Source of the DNA: Planctomycetota bacterium
GTDB lineage: Bacteria > Planctomycetota > Phycisphaerae > WQYP01
Length of the DNA stretch: 50,991 nucleotides
Assembly (NCBI GenBank): GCA_021808105.1
Contig: JAKBCC010000003.1
Location: forward strand, 1 to 50,991
Direction: 5' to 3'
Below the pieces are notes generated by a model. It worked only from the letters and a program-made list of their open reading frames with translations, searched no databases and had not been told where the DNA came from. Shown here one piece after another: positions 18,866 to 28,909 of this stretch. Made by a program: the position numbers and the translations under genes. Within the stretch, counting starts at the first letter, position 1. Each line of letters starts with the position of its first letter.

Positions 18866-21301
18866 ATGAACAACTGTATCTCGTCACGTACCCTCCACCT
18901 TATGGATCGCATCTGTAAAGGGTTTTCCCGCTACGGAAAATATGCAGGTCCCCGGCGGCTTGCAAAAAGAGTTGACTGCAAGAAACATGTCAACGTCACA
19001 GCGGGAGTATGGCGGCCCGGTATTTTGGTTATGGTCGTGTGGGCCTTCGGGGCCGCAACGCCGTTGCATGCCGGGGCCGTCGCGCCGGCACTATCTCCTG
19101 TGGCAGGCAGCGGAAGAGCCTGGATGAATCCGCGGTTGTCCGTAGACCAACGCGTATCGGATTTGCTGTCGCGCATGAGTCTGCAGGAAAAGATCGGCCA
19201 GTTACTGCAGATTGACTGGAATAAGAAATTGGCCGTGATCGCCCCGGCGATCAAGGCGGGTCAGGTTAGCTCGCTTCTGGGGTTCAATCCGCCGCACGGC
19301 AAATTATCGGGTAACAATTATTGGGCTTATCGGATTTCACAATATAACGCCGCGCAGAAACTGGCGGTTGAAGATACTCGTTTGGGTATTCCACTTCTGT
19401 TTGGCAGCAACGTGTTGCATGGATTCCGGACATCTTTTCCCATTCCATTGGCGCTGTCGTGCTCCTGGGATGCGCAACTGCTTAAGCGTTGCGCGCGGGT
19501 GTCGGCGCGTGAAGCTTCGGCGGCGGGTGTGGACTGGACCTTTGCGCCCATGATTAATATTTCGCATGATCCACGCTGGGGGCGGGTGGCGGAAAGTTTC
19601 GGCGAAGATCCTTATCTGAACTCCATTTTGACAGCGGCAGCGGTACGAGGTTACCAGGGTAAAAATCCAGCCGCGCCGGGGCATCTGATTGCCTGCCTCA
19701 AACATTATGTTGGATATGGCGCTGTGGAAGGAGGGCGGGATTACAATGCGGCGGAAATTACCCGATTTACGCTCTGGAATTATTATTTGCCCGCGTACCA
19801 CGCGGGCATCCAGGCGGGAGCCTTAACGGTGATGAGCTCCTTTAATTCAATCGGTGGCACACCCTGCACCGCCGACCGTTACACCCTGCACGATATTTTG
19901 AGACGCGATTGGGGTTTCCACGGTTTTGTTGTCAGTGATTGGCAGTCGGTGAAACAGCTCATTGACTGGGGCTATGCCTATGATAATGCGGACGCCGCGC
20001 GCCGGGCATTGTATGCCGGTGTGGATATGGAAATGGCCAGCGACACGTACAATACGCTGGCCCGACAGGTGGCTGAAGGAAAGGTTTCATTGGCCACTGT
20101 CAATGCCGCTGTGCGACGGGTGCTGCGCGTGAAGTTTGAAAGTGGGTTATTTGAGCATCCCTACGCCAGCACAACACGATGGCATCATGCTTTTCTGAAA
20201 CCCGCTTATAAAAAATGCGCGTTGCAGGCGGCCGAGCGGTCGTGCGTGTTGCTTAAAAACACGGGCGATATTTTGCCGCTGGTCAAAATTCCACCTCGTA
20301 TCGCGATTCTTGGCCCGCTGGCTGACAGCCGATCGGAATTTCTTGGCTGTTGGCACAGTCAGGGCATCGCGAAAGGTATGCAGTCCTTGCCGCAATGTCT
20401 GCGCCAGGCTCTGCCGGCCAATGTTATTATCTCGGTGGTGCGTACGGGTATGAGTCATACGCATTATTTTCACCGCGCCGTTGCCGCGGCGAAGCAATCC
20501 GATCTTATCATCATGATGGTCGGTGAGAAATCTTCAATGAGCGGGGAGAACACCAGTCGGGTTCGCATTGGATTGCCGGGGCAGCAGCAGCGTCTGTTCG
20601 ATGAGGTGGCGGCTACCGGAAAACCCATTATTACGCTGCTGTTTAACGGCCGGCCCTTAGCAATTCCCAATGTGATCAAGAAATCCCAAGCCGTTCTGGA
20701 ATGCTGGCAGTTGGGCACCGAAACCGCCCCGGCGATATCGAATATATTGCTGGGAAAATATAATCCTTCCGGCAAACTCACCATGGATTTTCCAAGGTCG
20801 ATCGGGCAGATACCCGTCTATTACGATCACCTGAATACCGGGCGGCCAAAACTCGGTAAGTTTATTGACGGATCGCGCCAACCGGAGTTCTGCTTTGGCT
20901 ATGGGCTGTCGTACACCCACTTCACTTTAGGTGCGGTACGATTAACTGCCCCAAGGCTGCGAATCGGTGGAACTATCCGCGCGCATGCGGTGGTCGTAAA
21001 TTCAGGCAGCTGCGCCGGCACCGAAATTGTCCAACTTTATATCCGAGGTCTGTATTTCAAGGATGGCGGCCGCCCCGTGCGGCAGTTGGTGGCCTTTCAA
21101 CGAATCCATCTTCTCCCGGGTCAGCGAAAGACACTTACATTCACGTTGGGGGATCGTCAGTTGGGGTATTACAGTTCCGCCGGGAAATGGCTTGTTGATC
21201 CCAGCCATTTTGATGTTTGGATTTCATCGGATTCCCAGTCGGGTAAGCCGGCGTCTTTTGATCTTGTGGTCAGTGAACGTCGCACCGCGCGGAGGGAATA
21301 A
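18866..21301 (+). CDS. GH3 beta-glucosidase (BglX-like) with Fn3-like C-terminus
   Basis: RLGIPL, DPRWGRVAESFGEDP, KHY, nucleophile VVSDW, MSGE and FGYGLSYT motifs. Start uncertain; a signal-like segment precedes the mature region. Confidence 0.92.
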   Translation: MNNCISSRTLHLMDRICKGFSRYGKYAGPRRLAKRVDCKKHVNVTAGVWRPGILVMVVWAFGAATPLHAGAVAPALSPVAGSGRAWMNPRLSVDQRVSDLLSRMSLQEKIGQLLQIDWNKKLAVIAPAIKAGQVSSLLGFNPPHGKLSGNNYWAYRISQYNAAQKLAVEDTRLGIPLLFGSNVLHGFRTSFPIPLALSCSWDAQLLKRCARVSAREASAAGVDWTFAPMINISHDPRWGRVAESFGEDPYLNSILTAAAVRGYQGKNPAAPGHLIACLKHYVGYGAVEGGRDYNAAEITRFTLWNYYLPAYHAGIQAGALTVMSSFNSIGGTPCTADRYTLHDILRRDWGFHGFVVSDWQSVKQLIDWGYAYDNADAARRALYAGVDMEMASDTYNTLARQVAEGKVSLATVNAAVRRVLRVKFESGLFEHPYASTTRWHHAFLKPAYKKCALQAAERSCVLLKNTGDILPLVKIPPRIAILGPLADSRSEFLGCWHSQGIAKGMQSLPQCLRQALPANVIISVVRTGMSHTHYFHRAVAAAKQSDLIIMMVGEKSSMSGENTSRVRIGLPGQQQRLFDEVAATGKPIITLLFNGRPLAIPNVIKKSQAVLECWQLGTETAPAISNILLGKYNPSGKLTMDFPRSIGQIPVYYDHLNTGRPKLGKFIDGSRQPEFCFGYGLSYTHFTLGAVRLTAPRLRIGGTIRAHAVVVNSGSCAGTEIVQLYIRGLYFKDGGRPVRQLVAFQRIHLLPGQRKTLTFTLGDRQLGYYSSAGKWLVDPSHFDVWISSDSQSGKPASFDLVVSERRTARRE

Positions 21302-21491
21302 CTCATTATTGCGTCGGATAATGTCGGTCAAATTCGAGCCTGAACGGCGGTCGTTGTGCGCGCATTTCTGCAAGCGTCCCAAAAAAAATATCGTCTTAAT
21401 ATTTTTCGCAACCCAGCCGATATGACATGGTTACTGCTGCGCGCTGGGCCTGCGTTATAGGCCGGGCGTGCGCTGCTTGCGAGGTTGTAGG

Positions 21492-22394
21492 ATGCGAAAG
21501 AATAATCAACGCGCCGGCGATTCAGACTGCGGAATCTTGCCAACTGTCAGAGCGTGGAATGCGCCTGGAGGTCAAAGCGTCCGCGGATTTTCCCTCATAG
21601 AAATGCTGGTCGTGCTGCTGATTATCGTGATTCTAATTTCCATCTTGCTGCCGGCAATTTCGCGGGCGCGGGAGCTGGCACGCACTGCCGCCTGTGAGGC
21701 GAGTCTGCGCAGTTTAGGTCAGGTGACGTTGGAATATATTAATCAATCGCAGGGGGTCTTGCCCTATGGAACCTACGGCAACCCCAAATTTGTGGTGAGT
21801 TCCTATAATTCATACTTCGGAGAGTGGGCTAATCTGGATTTTTATCTTTTGGTCGGCCCGCCGGTGCTGATGACGAATAATGGCGTCATTGGCGAAAATA
21901 TTCCCCCGGATTTAGCGGATAAATGGGCGTCCATCTTCTGGTGCCCGGATCGCGTGGAACCGATGGTCGCCCAATGGGGTCTTAATTACGCGGCGAATCC
22001 TAATGTGTTTCTGGTTCCCATTACCAATCCCATTACCGGCGATGCCCTGAATCAGAGTCTCAATTACAGCGCCATCGCTGATCCGGCGCAGGTTATTGAA
22101 ATCGGCGATACCAATCAGAGTTTCCCCGGCGGCAATTGCGCCTCATTTCTATTTTCCTGGACGCCCAGTCAATTATCCTGGCAGTATGGCAGTTATACGT
22201 CTGCAACCACCATCCCCGTGAATCCGGGAAATACCGACGCCACAACCTCGATTATCAATCATCAGGGCCTGCGCTATCGTCATAATTCATATTCGCCTAC
22301 CACCGGCGACGCCAACGCCACATTTTGTGATGGCCACGTGGAGTCCATTCCGCAAAATGGATTGCATGTGTCTAATGTGCTTCCTGGAAATTAA
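21492..22394 (+). CDS. Prepilin-type N-terminal cleavage/methylation protein with H-X9-DG-type domain (DUF1559-like)
   Basis: RGFSLIEMLVVLLIIVILISILLPAISRARE, FWCP and C-terminal RYRH…ANATFCDGHVE. Confidence 0.9.
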   Translation: MRKNNQRAGDSDCGILPTVRAWNAPGGQSVRGFSLIEMLVVLLIIVILISILLPAISRARELARTAACEASLRSLGQVTLEYINQSQGVLPYGTYGNPKFVVSSYNSYFGEWANLDFYLLVGPPVLMTNNGVIGENIPPDLADKWASIFWCPDRVEPMVAQWGLNYAANPNVFLVPITNPITGDALNQSLNYSAIADPAQVIEIGDTNQSFPGGNCASFLFSWTPSQLSWQYGSYTSATTIPVNPGNTDATTSIINHQGLRYRHNSYSPTTGDANATFCDGHVESIPQNGLHVSNVLPGN

Positions 22395-22619
22395 TTAATC
22401 ATAGATGCTTGTCTTCGGCTAACGTGCGTTCCGACGTACACTTAACCGGCTGCTGAAGAGTAGAGCTTTTGCGCCCTGAAATACAGTCTGTGATGACGGC
22501 TGAATTCCCAAAAACCCATGCCGATTTCGGCACCTGGAGTTTTGCGGGTTTCATCTGACCCAAAAAGTCTACTTCACGCTACAATAAGGAGCTTAGATAG
22601 CGGTTGCAGGATGCAGTGA

Positions 22620-23168
22620 ATGAAACCCAATGAAACGCCCCAAAAAATTCTGAAAGTGCCCCGTCTGGCGGGATGGAGCGCAGTATTAACAGTGCTGGCG
22701 GCCATGATCCTGGCCCTCTGTTTTGAGATGCACGGCGATGTGCGCGGCCGCACCGCCCGATATCCTAACCTGCCGCAGGCGAACGTGATGCTGGGACATA
22801 CAACCGTCAAACTCTGGGTGGCGGCGTCCACGCGTACGCGGGATCGCGGCTTGATGTTTATTCACAAAATGCCCAACAACTGCGGTATGTTGTTTGTATT
22901 TCGCCGCATCAGGCCGCAAACTTTCTGGATGAAACATACCTTGATTCCGCTTGATGTGATTTTTCTTAATCAACATGGCGTCATTGTGCGGCACTACTTC
23001 ATGCCGCCCGATAATGGAAAAAAGCGATATCCCAGCGGCCAGCCGATCCATTACGCAATCGAACTCAACGCCGGTGAATTTCAACGCCTGCACTTGCGCG
23101 ACTCCATGCACATAAGCATTCCAAAACGATATTCACCTCCATCCCGGAAAGCGACCGGTGCGTCATGA
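22620..23168 (+). CDS. DUF192 family protein
   Basis: R.RGLMF, GMLFVF, FWMKHTLIPLDVIF and YAIELNAG motifs; N-terminal membrane anchor. Confidence 0.9.
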   Translation: MKPNETPQKILKVPRLAGWSAVLTVLAAMILALCFEMHGDVRGRTARYPNLPQANVMLGHTTVKLWVAASTRTRDRGLMFIHKMPNNCGMLFVFRRIRPQTFWMKHTLIPLDVIFLNQHGVIVRHYFMPPDNGKKRYPSGQPIHYAIELNAGEFQRLHLRDSMHISIPKRYSPPSRKATGAS

Positions 23169-23181
23169 TCTGGAGGCCTCT

Positions 23182-24018
23182 GTGAATACAAGATCCGCCT
23201 CCGGGCGACCGCGCAAAGGCTCGGGATTTTTAAGCCGACGCTACCGTCCTAAATCAAGTACGAGCTGGATATTAGCCGTCCTGATTCTGATCGCTCTGAT
23301 TATTGCTGCCATCCTGGCGTTGATCCTTCTTCCCCCGTACTGGTATCGTCCAATTCGTACCATGAGTGATGCGGTTTATAACCAGTCTGATCACGCTCAG
23401 GCCTCCCTGATGGCCTTAAGGAATAAACTGCGAAAGCCCCATGTCGGAACGATTACCTGGACCATTACCCAACGCGAAGTGAATAGCTTGCTGGCGGTTG
23501 CGTATCGCGTGGAGAAAAAGAAGAAAACACCGCCGCGTAAGCTCCCTGGATTAACCGACCCGTTCGTCCGGTTCACTGACAATCAAATTACTTTTGCCGT
23601 ACGTGATAACCGAATGCCGGGCCGGCCCGTAGCCAGTGCAGGCGTCAATGTGGCCTTACTGCCTGATCTTGGCTCTGGACCGCGGGCGCGTATTACCATC
23701 AATGCTTTGCATGTCGGTGATCTGCCGTTGCCGCCTTCGCTGCTGATCAACCGTTTGAAAACATTGCTGCCGCGTTTGGCACCTGTGGTGGAAAAAATTA
23801 TTGATGTGTATGCCGGTCCGCGTTATGCCCGCGTTGCCACGCCGCAAATTGTTCATTCGGTTGCCGCCATATTTTCGGGCAGGCCATTCCCCACGGAATT
23901 GCGACTCAACCATCGCAAACTGGTGATCGACAAGCTGATCATCCACGGCCCGTCGGTGGATGCGGCCGGCCATGCGCAACCGGCGGCCCTGACATTTGAA
24001 CTGGTGCCGGAGCCGTAA
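23182..24018 (+). CDS. Hypothetical membrane-anchored protein
   Basis: GGAGG RBS before GTG 23182; single N-terminal TM helix; in an apparent operon with its neighbours. Confidence 0.7.
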   Translation: MNTRSASGRPRKGSGFLSRRYRPKSSTSWILAVLILIALIIAAILALILLPPYWYRPIRTMSDAVYNQSDHAQASLMALRNKLRKPHVGTITWTITQREVNSLLAVAYRVEKKKKTPPRKLPGLTDPFVRFTDNQITFAVRDNRMPGRPVASAGVNVALLPDLGSGPRARITINALHVGDLPLPPSLLINRLKTLLPRLAPVVEKIIDVYAGPRYARVATPQIVHSVAAIFSGRPFPTELRLNHRKLVIDKLIIHGPSVDAAGHAQPAALTFELVPEP

Positions 24019-24079
24019 TCCGCCATGTCAGAGCAAGAGCACTTCGTTACCCCTTGGTTACACCGGCTGGAATCTACCA

Positions 24080-24988
24080 ATGCAACGTAAAGATATTGAA
24101 GAAATACTCACTGCCGCCGGCACGCGGCCCACGCGCCGTCTTGGTCAGCACTTTATGATGGACCAGCGCATACTGGACCAGATCATCGCTGCCGCCGCAC
24201 TTGACTGCCAGGATATTATTCTGGAAGTGGGGCCGGGCCCGGGGAACCTGACCTCCCGATTATCGCCGCTGGTTCAAGCGGTTCTGGCGGTGGATCTGGA
24301 CGCATCGCTGCTGGCCGCAGCCTCACGCTATTGGGAAAAATTATCCAATGTGCAATGGATGACCGCTGACGTGCTGGCCGGCAAGCATTGTCTCAATGCT
24401 TTGGTAATTCAGGCGTTGCTGGCATTAAAGCCGGCGGGTTCCACCGGTTCCGTGAAACTGGTGTCCAATTTGCCTTATAATGTCGCCAGTCCTTTGATTA
24501 TTGATATTCTGGCGGCCCAGTGTGCCGCAAGTTCACAGCCCTTGGATCCTCCGTCGGTGTGCTTTGAACGCCTGGTTTTTACCGTGCAGTGGGAAGTGGG
24601 ACAGCGGATGCGGGCGTTGCCCAATACGGAACACTACGGATCACTGTCCGTATTGATCGCATTAATGGCCGATGTGGAAATTCTGGCTGCGATTGCTCCG
24701 GGAGCGTTCTGGCCGCCGCCAAAAGTAAAATCGGCACTGGTGCGCGTAGTTCCGCGTGCTGAGAAATTCACTCGTATCAGAGATGTGCAACGATTACAGA
24801 GCACGGTATCCAATCTGTTTTCGCATCGGCGGCAAAATATCAGCAATGCCATTCGGCATTCCTTTGAAGTACCTGTGGCAGCGCAGGTGCTGGAAAAAGT
24901 CCGGGCGATAAACATGGATCCGACCCGCCGCGCGGAGACTCTGGCACCTGAAGAATTTCTGCGGCTTTCCGAATGCTGGCCCCGGTGA
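24080..24988 (+). CDS. rsmA: 16S rRNA m6,2A dimethyltransferase
   Basis: LGQHFM, LEVGPGPGNLT, VSNLPYN, Q.EV..R, YGSLSV, F.PPPKV.S and RRAETL motifs. Confidence 0.93.
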   Translation: MQRKDIEEILTAAGTRPTRRLGQHFMMDQRILDQIIAAAALDCQDIILEVGPGPGNLTSRLSPLVQAVLAVDLDASLLAAASRYWEKLSNVQWMTADVLAGKHCLNALVIQALLALKPAGSTGSVKLVSNLPYNVASPLIIDILAAQCAASSQPLDPPSVCFERLVFTVQWEVGQRMRALPNTEHYGSLSVLIALMADVEILAAIAPGAFWPPPKVKSALVRVVPRAEKFTRIRDVQRLQSTVSNLFSHRRQNISNAIRHSFEVPVAAQVLEKVRAINMDPTRRAETLAPEEFLRLSECWPR

Positions 24989-25006
24989 TATTGTAAATAG
25001 CAACCT

Positions 25007-25942
25007 GTGAGTGAACCTATGAATGAATATATTGTACTTAATGGCCAGATTACACCGGTAGAAGATGCCGGAATTTCTTCTTTCGATGCGGGCTTACTTC
25101 ACGGGGCAGGCCTTTTTGAAACGCTCCACGTGCTGAACGGCATGCCGTTAAACCTTGCCGATCATCTGCAACGGCTAAGCGAAAGTGGTCAATGCTTTGG
25201 CATGGATATTCAACTTGATCCCACTGTTGTCACGGGCTGGCTGTCGGATTTGCTGGAACTGCATTGCCTTCGCGACGCCCGGGCACGGCTTACCGTTACC
25301 CGCGGAGATACCCGCCAAACTGCCGAACAACAATTCACCATCGCGCTAAGCGCGGTTCCCTTTGAACCGTATGCCCCGGCATTGTATGAAAACGGCATGG
25401 CTGTGATTGTTTCCCAATATGCGCAAAATCCCATGGGACCGCTTACGGGGCATAAGACAACCAGCTACATGGACCGACTTCTGGCTTTGCGGGAGGCCCG
25501 CTCGCTTCATGCCGGGGAGGCTCTCTGGTTTACCGGCGCTGATAAAATTTTAGCCGAGGCCTGCGTAAGCAATATTTTTATTGGTTTTTCCGATGGGACG
25601 CTTGCCACGCCCCCCAGTCGATTTCCCGTACCGTCGCCTCTGCCGAATAATGGTCATACCGCTGGTTTTACACCGCGTCTGGCGCTGCCGGGAATAACCC
25701 GCAAGCACATTCTGCGCCTGTGCACCGATAACCGCATTCCCGCGGTGGAAAAAATGATGACCATCCATGATGTTCTTTCCGCACGGGAAATATTTCTAAC
25801 CAATGCCATCATGGATGTGATGCCTGTAACGCATGTTGAGGGCCACACGGTTGGCGACGGGAAACCCGGACCGCTGACGCAGCGTCTGGCCGGCTTGTAC
25901 AACGCATTCATTCAGGAGCAGAGTCATGGCACAGCGCATTAA
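25007..25942 (+). CDS. Aminotransferase class IV (IlvE/PabC family)
   Basis: G.GLFET, HLQRL, HKTTSY, E…SNIF, LPGITR and EIFLTNA motifs. Confidence 0.88.
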   Translation: MSEPMNEYIVLNGQITPVEDAGISSFDAGLLHGAGLFETLHVLNGMPLNLADHLQRLSESGQCFGMDIQLDPTVVTGWLSDLLELHCLRDARARLTVTRGDTRQTAEQQFTIALSAVPFEPYAPALYENGMAVIVSQYAQNPMGPLTGHKTTSYMDRLLALREARSLHAGEALWFTGADKILAEACVSNIFIGFSDGTLATPPSRFPVPSPLPNNGHTAGFTPRLALPGITRKHILRLCTDNRIPAVEKMMTIHDVLSAREIFLTNAIMDVMPVTHVEGHTVGDGKPGPLTQRLAGLYNAFIQEQSHGTAH

Positions 25943-27149
25943 ATCCTCTAAAACCAGGAAAAAAGTGCCGCGTCCGCCCACGCGTTTGGTGTCAGCAAAG
26001 TCCGATGCTCCCAACCGCATAGGCACCCTGCAAATCATTCTGGATTATCTTAACGCCGTTATTCCCCTTCATTTCGCGGAACCATGGGACAAGGTCGGGC
26101 TGCTGGCAGGCCCGCGATCGGATATCTGCAATCGCCAGAAGATTCGACGTATTCTTATCGCCCTGGATTTAACTCCGGCCGTGCGGGATCAATGCGTGGC
26201 ACGAAAAGTTGACCTGCTGATCTGTTATCATCCCCCAATTTTCAAAGCGCTTGATCGGCTATGTGTTCTGGGGGATACCCCGGCTGATCTGGCCGTGGAA
26301 TTAGCCCAAAATAAAATTTGGATTTACAGCCCGCACACCGCTCTGGATGTGGCCGATGGCGGTACCAATGATGTTCTGTCCCAGGCGTTGGGTTTATCGC
26401 CCCGTGCATCTCTGATTTTACGACAACCCGCAGAGAAACATTTGAAGCTTGTGGCATTTGTGCCGGAGAATCATGTGGAGGAAATGGCCTCGGCGGTCTT
26501 TGACGCCGGTGCGGGAAAAATCGGCAAATTAAGCCGCTACACGCAATGCAGTTTTCGTACGCCCGGCACCGGCACATTCTTCGGGGATACCAGCACATCC
26601 CCGGCGGTGGGCACCAGCGGCCGCCTGGAATTCGTGCGGGAGATTCGCTTTGAAACCATTCTTCCTGAATCCTGCGTGCCGGAAGTTATCGCTGCTCTGC
26701 GTCGCGTGCATCCGTATGAAGAACCCGCCTTTGACCTACTGGTGATGGAGGCGGAAAAAACAGAACCCGGTATGGGCCGCATCGCGGATGTTAATGGCGA
26801 GGAAACGCTGGAAACTCTGGCCCGCCGATGCAAAAAAATGTTGGACTTGAAATCTGTTCAGGTGGTCGGTTCCGCAGGCCGGCGTATTAAAACCGTCGGA
26901 ATCATGGCCGGCAGTTGTGGCACCGTGCCGTTGCAAGGCGTTATGAAAATGGATTGTATGATCACCGGTGAATTAAAACATCATGATCAGTTGGCATTTC
27001 AAGCCGCCGGGATAGCGGTGATCATACTGGGCCACGCGGAAAGTGAAAACCCGGTGCTCGCTTCCCTGGTGACGCGTTTGACGGCGGCATTTCCCGCCAG
27101 CCGCACGGAGTTGGCCAACACAACTCCGGTAGCCGACCACGTGCTGTAA
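25926..27149 (+). CDS. Nif3-like dinuclear metal centre protein with PII-like insert (YqfO type)
   Basis: EPWDKVGL, YHPPIF, HTALD, KLVAFVP…HPYEEPAFD, TGELKHH and GHAESE motifs. Confidence 0.9.
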   Translation: MAQRIKSSKTRKKVPRPPTRLVSAKSDAPNRIGTLQIILDYLNAVIPLHFAEPWDKVGLLAGPRSDICNRQKIRRILIALDLTPAVRDQCVARKVDLLICYHPPIFKALDRLCVLGDTPADLAVELAQNKIWIYSPHTALDVADGGTNDVLSQALGLSPRASLILRQPAEKHLKLVAFVPENHVEEMASAVFDAGAGKIGKLSRYTQCSFRTPGTGTFFGDTSTSPAVGTSGRLEFVREIRFETILPESCVPEVIAALRRVHPYEEPAFDLLVMEAEKTEPGMGRIADVNGEETLETLARRCKKMLDLKSVQVVGSAGRRIKTVGIMAGSCGTVPLQGVMKMDCMITGELKHHDQLAFQAAGIAVIILGHAESENPVLASLVTRLTAAFPASRTELANTTPVADHVL

Positions 27150-27152
27150 AAA

Positions 27153-28808
27153 TCAGCGCCTGGGTCCCATGGTGCCATCAGAATCAGCGAGTTTATGATT
27201 ATTCAGCGGCAAGGTTATCCGGAAAGTAGTGCCGCCGCCCACGCGCGATGTGGCCTCAATTTTTCCGCCATGCTCTTCCACAATTTTTTTGGTTACCGCC
27301 AATCCCAGACCGGTTCCTTTCTGTCCCTTGGTGGAATAGAACGGCTGGAAAATCTGCTGGAGATTTTTCGGCGAAATACCAACGCCGTTATCCTGCACTT
27401 CAATAATGGCGTTCTGGCCCGCGGAATCAACATCACTGGTAAGTGTAATCACGCCGCGACCGGATTCGACCGCGTCCAGGGCATTGGTTAAAAGATTCAA
27501 TACCGCCTGATGTATACCGTCGGCGTCCGCGGGGACGGGGGTTTGATCTTTATTAATTTCTGTCAGCAACGTGACTTTTTTGTCCTGTGCCTGCGTGGTC
27601 ATCAGCTCCAGGCATTCCCCCAGCACATACGCCAGATTGGTCAGTTCAAGGCTTGGCGTGCGCGGCTTGCTGTACGCCAGCATGTTCATGGTCAGGGCCT
27701 GAACTTTGTCCAGATTGCGTTGCAGAATTCCCCATCCCATGCGGATTTGTGTAATATCGTTGCCTTTCAGGCCCATATCCACCACATCGGCACCGCCGCG
27801 CATGCCTTGAAGAATATTTTTAATGGAATGCGACAAAGAAGCAACGGTCTGTCCGGTGGCAGCCAGGCGTTCCTGCTGCACGTTATCATGATAAAGCTGC
27901 GCGATTTCAATGGCCAGGCCGGTTTGCAATCCAATGGCCGTTAAAAGCCGCAGTTGGTCCGGCGTATACGAATAGTTGGCCACGCTGGAGTCGATATGCA
28001 AAACACCCAGTTGCTTTTCGCGACCCTTAATGGGTACACAAATGGCCGAGCGAATAGCCATATTATGAACCGACTTGCCTTTAAGAAACCGCTGATCGGT
28101 CATGGCGTTACTGGAAAGCACCCCCTCATTTTTTGCCAGCACGTGGCGAATAATGGTTTGACTGACCGCAATTTTTCCCACCTGTTCTTCATCGCGGTAC
28201 CGCACCACTACCGGAACCACCTGCCCGGAATCCTGCTCCAGAAGACCGATAAATCCACGATCAGCCCGCAATTGTTCAAATACCAGATCCATCACTTTAT
28301 TAAGCAATTGCTGCTGATCAAACACACTGGCGATGGCACTGGAAATTTGTAACAGCACGCGGAAATGGGCCATGGCCACCTGGGATGGCTCGGGTGCCGC
28401 AAGAATAACTGAATCATCACTGCTGGGAACCGTGCTGATAATGGATGAATCGCCCGGATTGCCTTCCGGCGCGGCATCGACTTCATCGGTGGATGCCAGA
28501 TTCACACTATGGACCGGTGCTCCGAAGACCATCAGGGTTGACCCCAGACGAATCTGATCACCTACCTTAAGTTTTGAGGATTTATTGATCCGCACGCCGT
28601 TGACAAATACGCCGTTGGCTCCGCCCTCATCAAAAAGTACCCACGCATTATCACTCCATTCCAGCCGCGCGTGGCGGCGGGATACGGTCAGGTCCGCCAG
28701 CGGCACCTGTTCACTGGCCCGGCCTAATGAAACCGGCTCGTTGGCGCTGAAGTCAAATTGCCGACCTTTATCCGGCCCCTGCAACACGTATAAGAAAAGC
28801 TCTGCCAC
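27153..28808 (-). CDS. FHA-GAF-histidine kinase
   Basis: FHA (GR…VSRRHA…NGVFVNG), GAF (NAMTDQRF…SAICVPI), H-box SHSIKN, and N/G boxes NLLTNA, DNGVGI, F.PFYSTK, GTGLGL. Likely GTG start at 28808. Confidence 0.92.
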   Translation of the reverse strand: MAELFLYVLQGPDKGRQFDFSANEPVSLGRASEQVPLADLTVSRRHARLEWSDNAWVLFDEGGANGVFVNGVRINKSSKLKVGDQIRLGSTLMVFGAPVHSVNLASTDEVDAAPEGNPGDSSIISTVPSSDDSVILAAPEPSQVAMAHFRVLLQISSAIASVFDQQQLLNKVMDLVFEQLRADRGFIGLLEQDSGQVVPVVVRYRDEEQVGKIAVSQTIIRHVLAKNEGVLSSNAMTDQRFLKGKSVHNMAIRSAICVPIKGREKQLGVLHIDSSVANYSYTPDQLRLLTAIGLQTGLAIEIAQLYHDNVQQERLAATGQTVASLSHSIKNILQGMRGGADVVDMGLKGNDITQIRMGWGILQRNLDKVQALTMNMLAYSKPRTPSLELTNLAYVLGECLELMTTQAQDKKVTLLTEINKDQTPVPADADGIHQAVLNLLTNALDAVESGRGVITLTSDVDSAGQNAIIEVQDNGVGISPKNLQQIFQPFYSTKGQKGTGLGLAVTKKIVEEHGGKIEATSRVGGGTTFRITLPLNNHKLADSDGTMGPRR

Positions 28809-28909
28809 GGACCGAAAACCCAATGGACAATAAAACCAGGCAACACAAACCAGAAAGTTATTTTACGATGTTTGCAAATTTTTCGATAGCCCCGCCGCCA
28901 CGCCCGATT

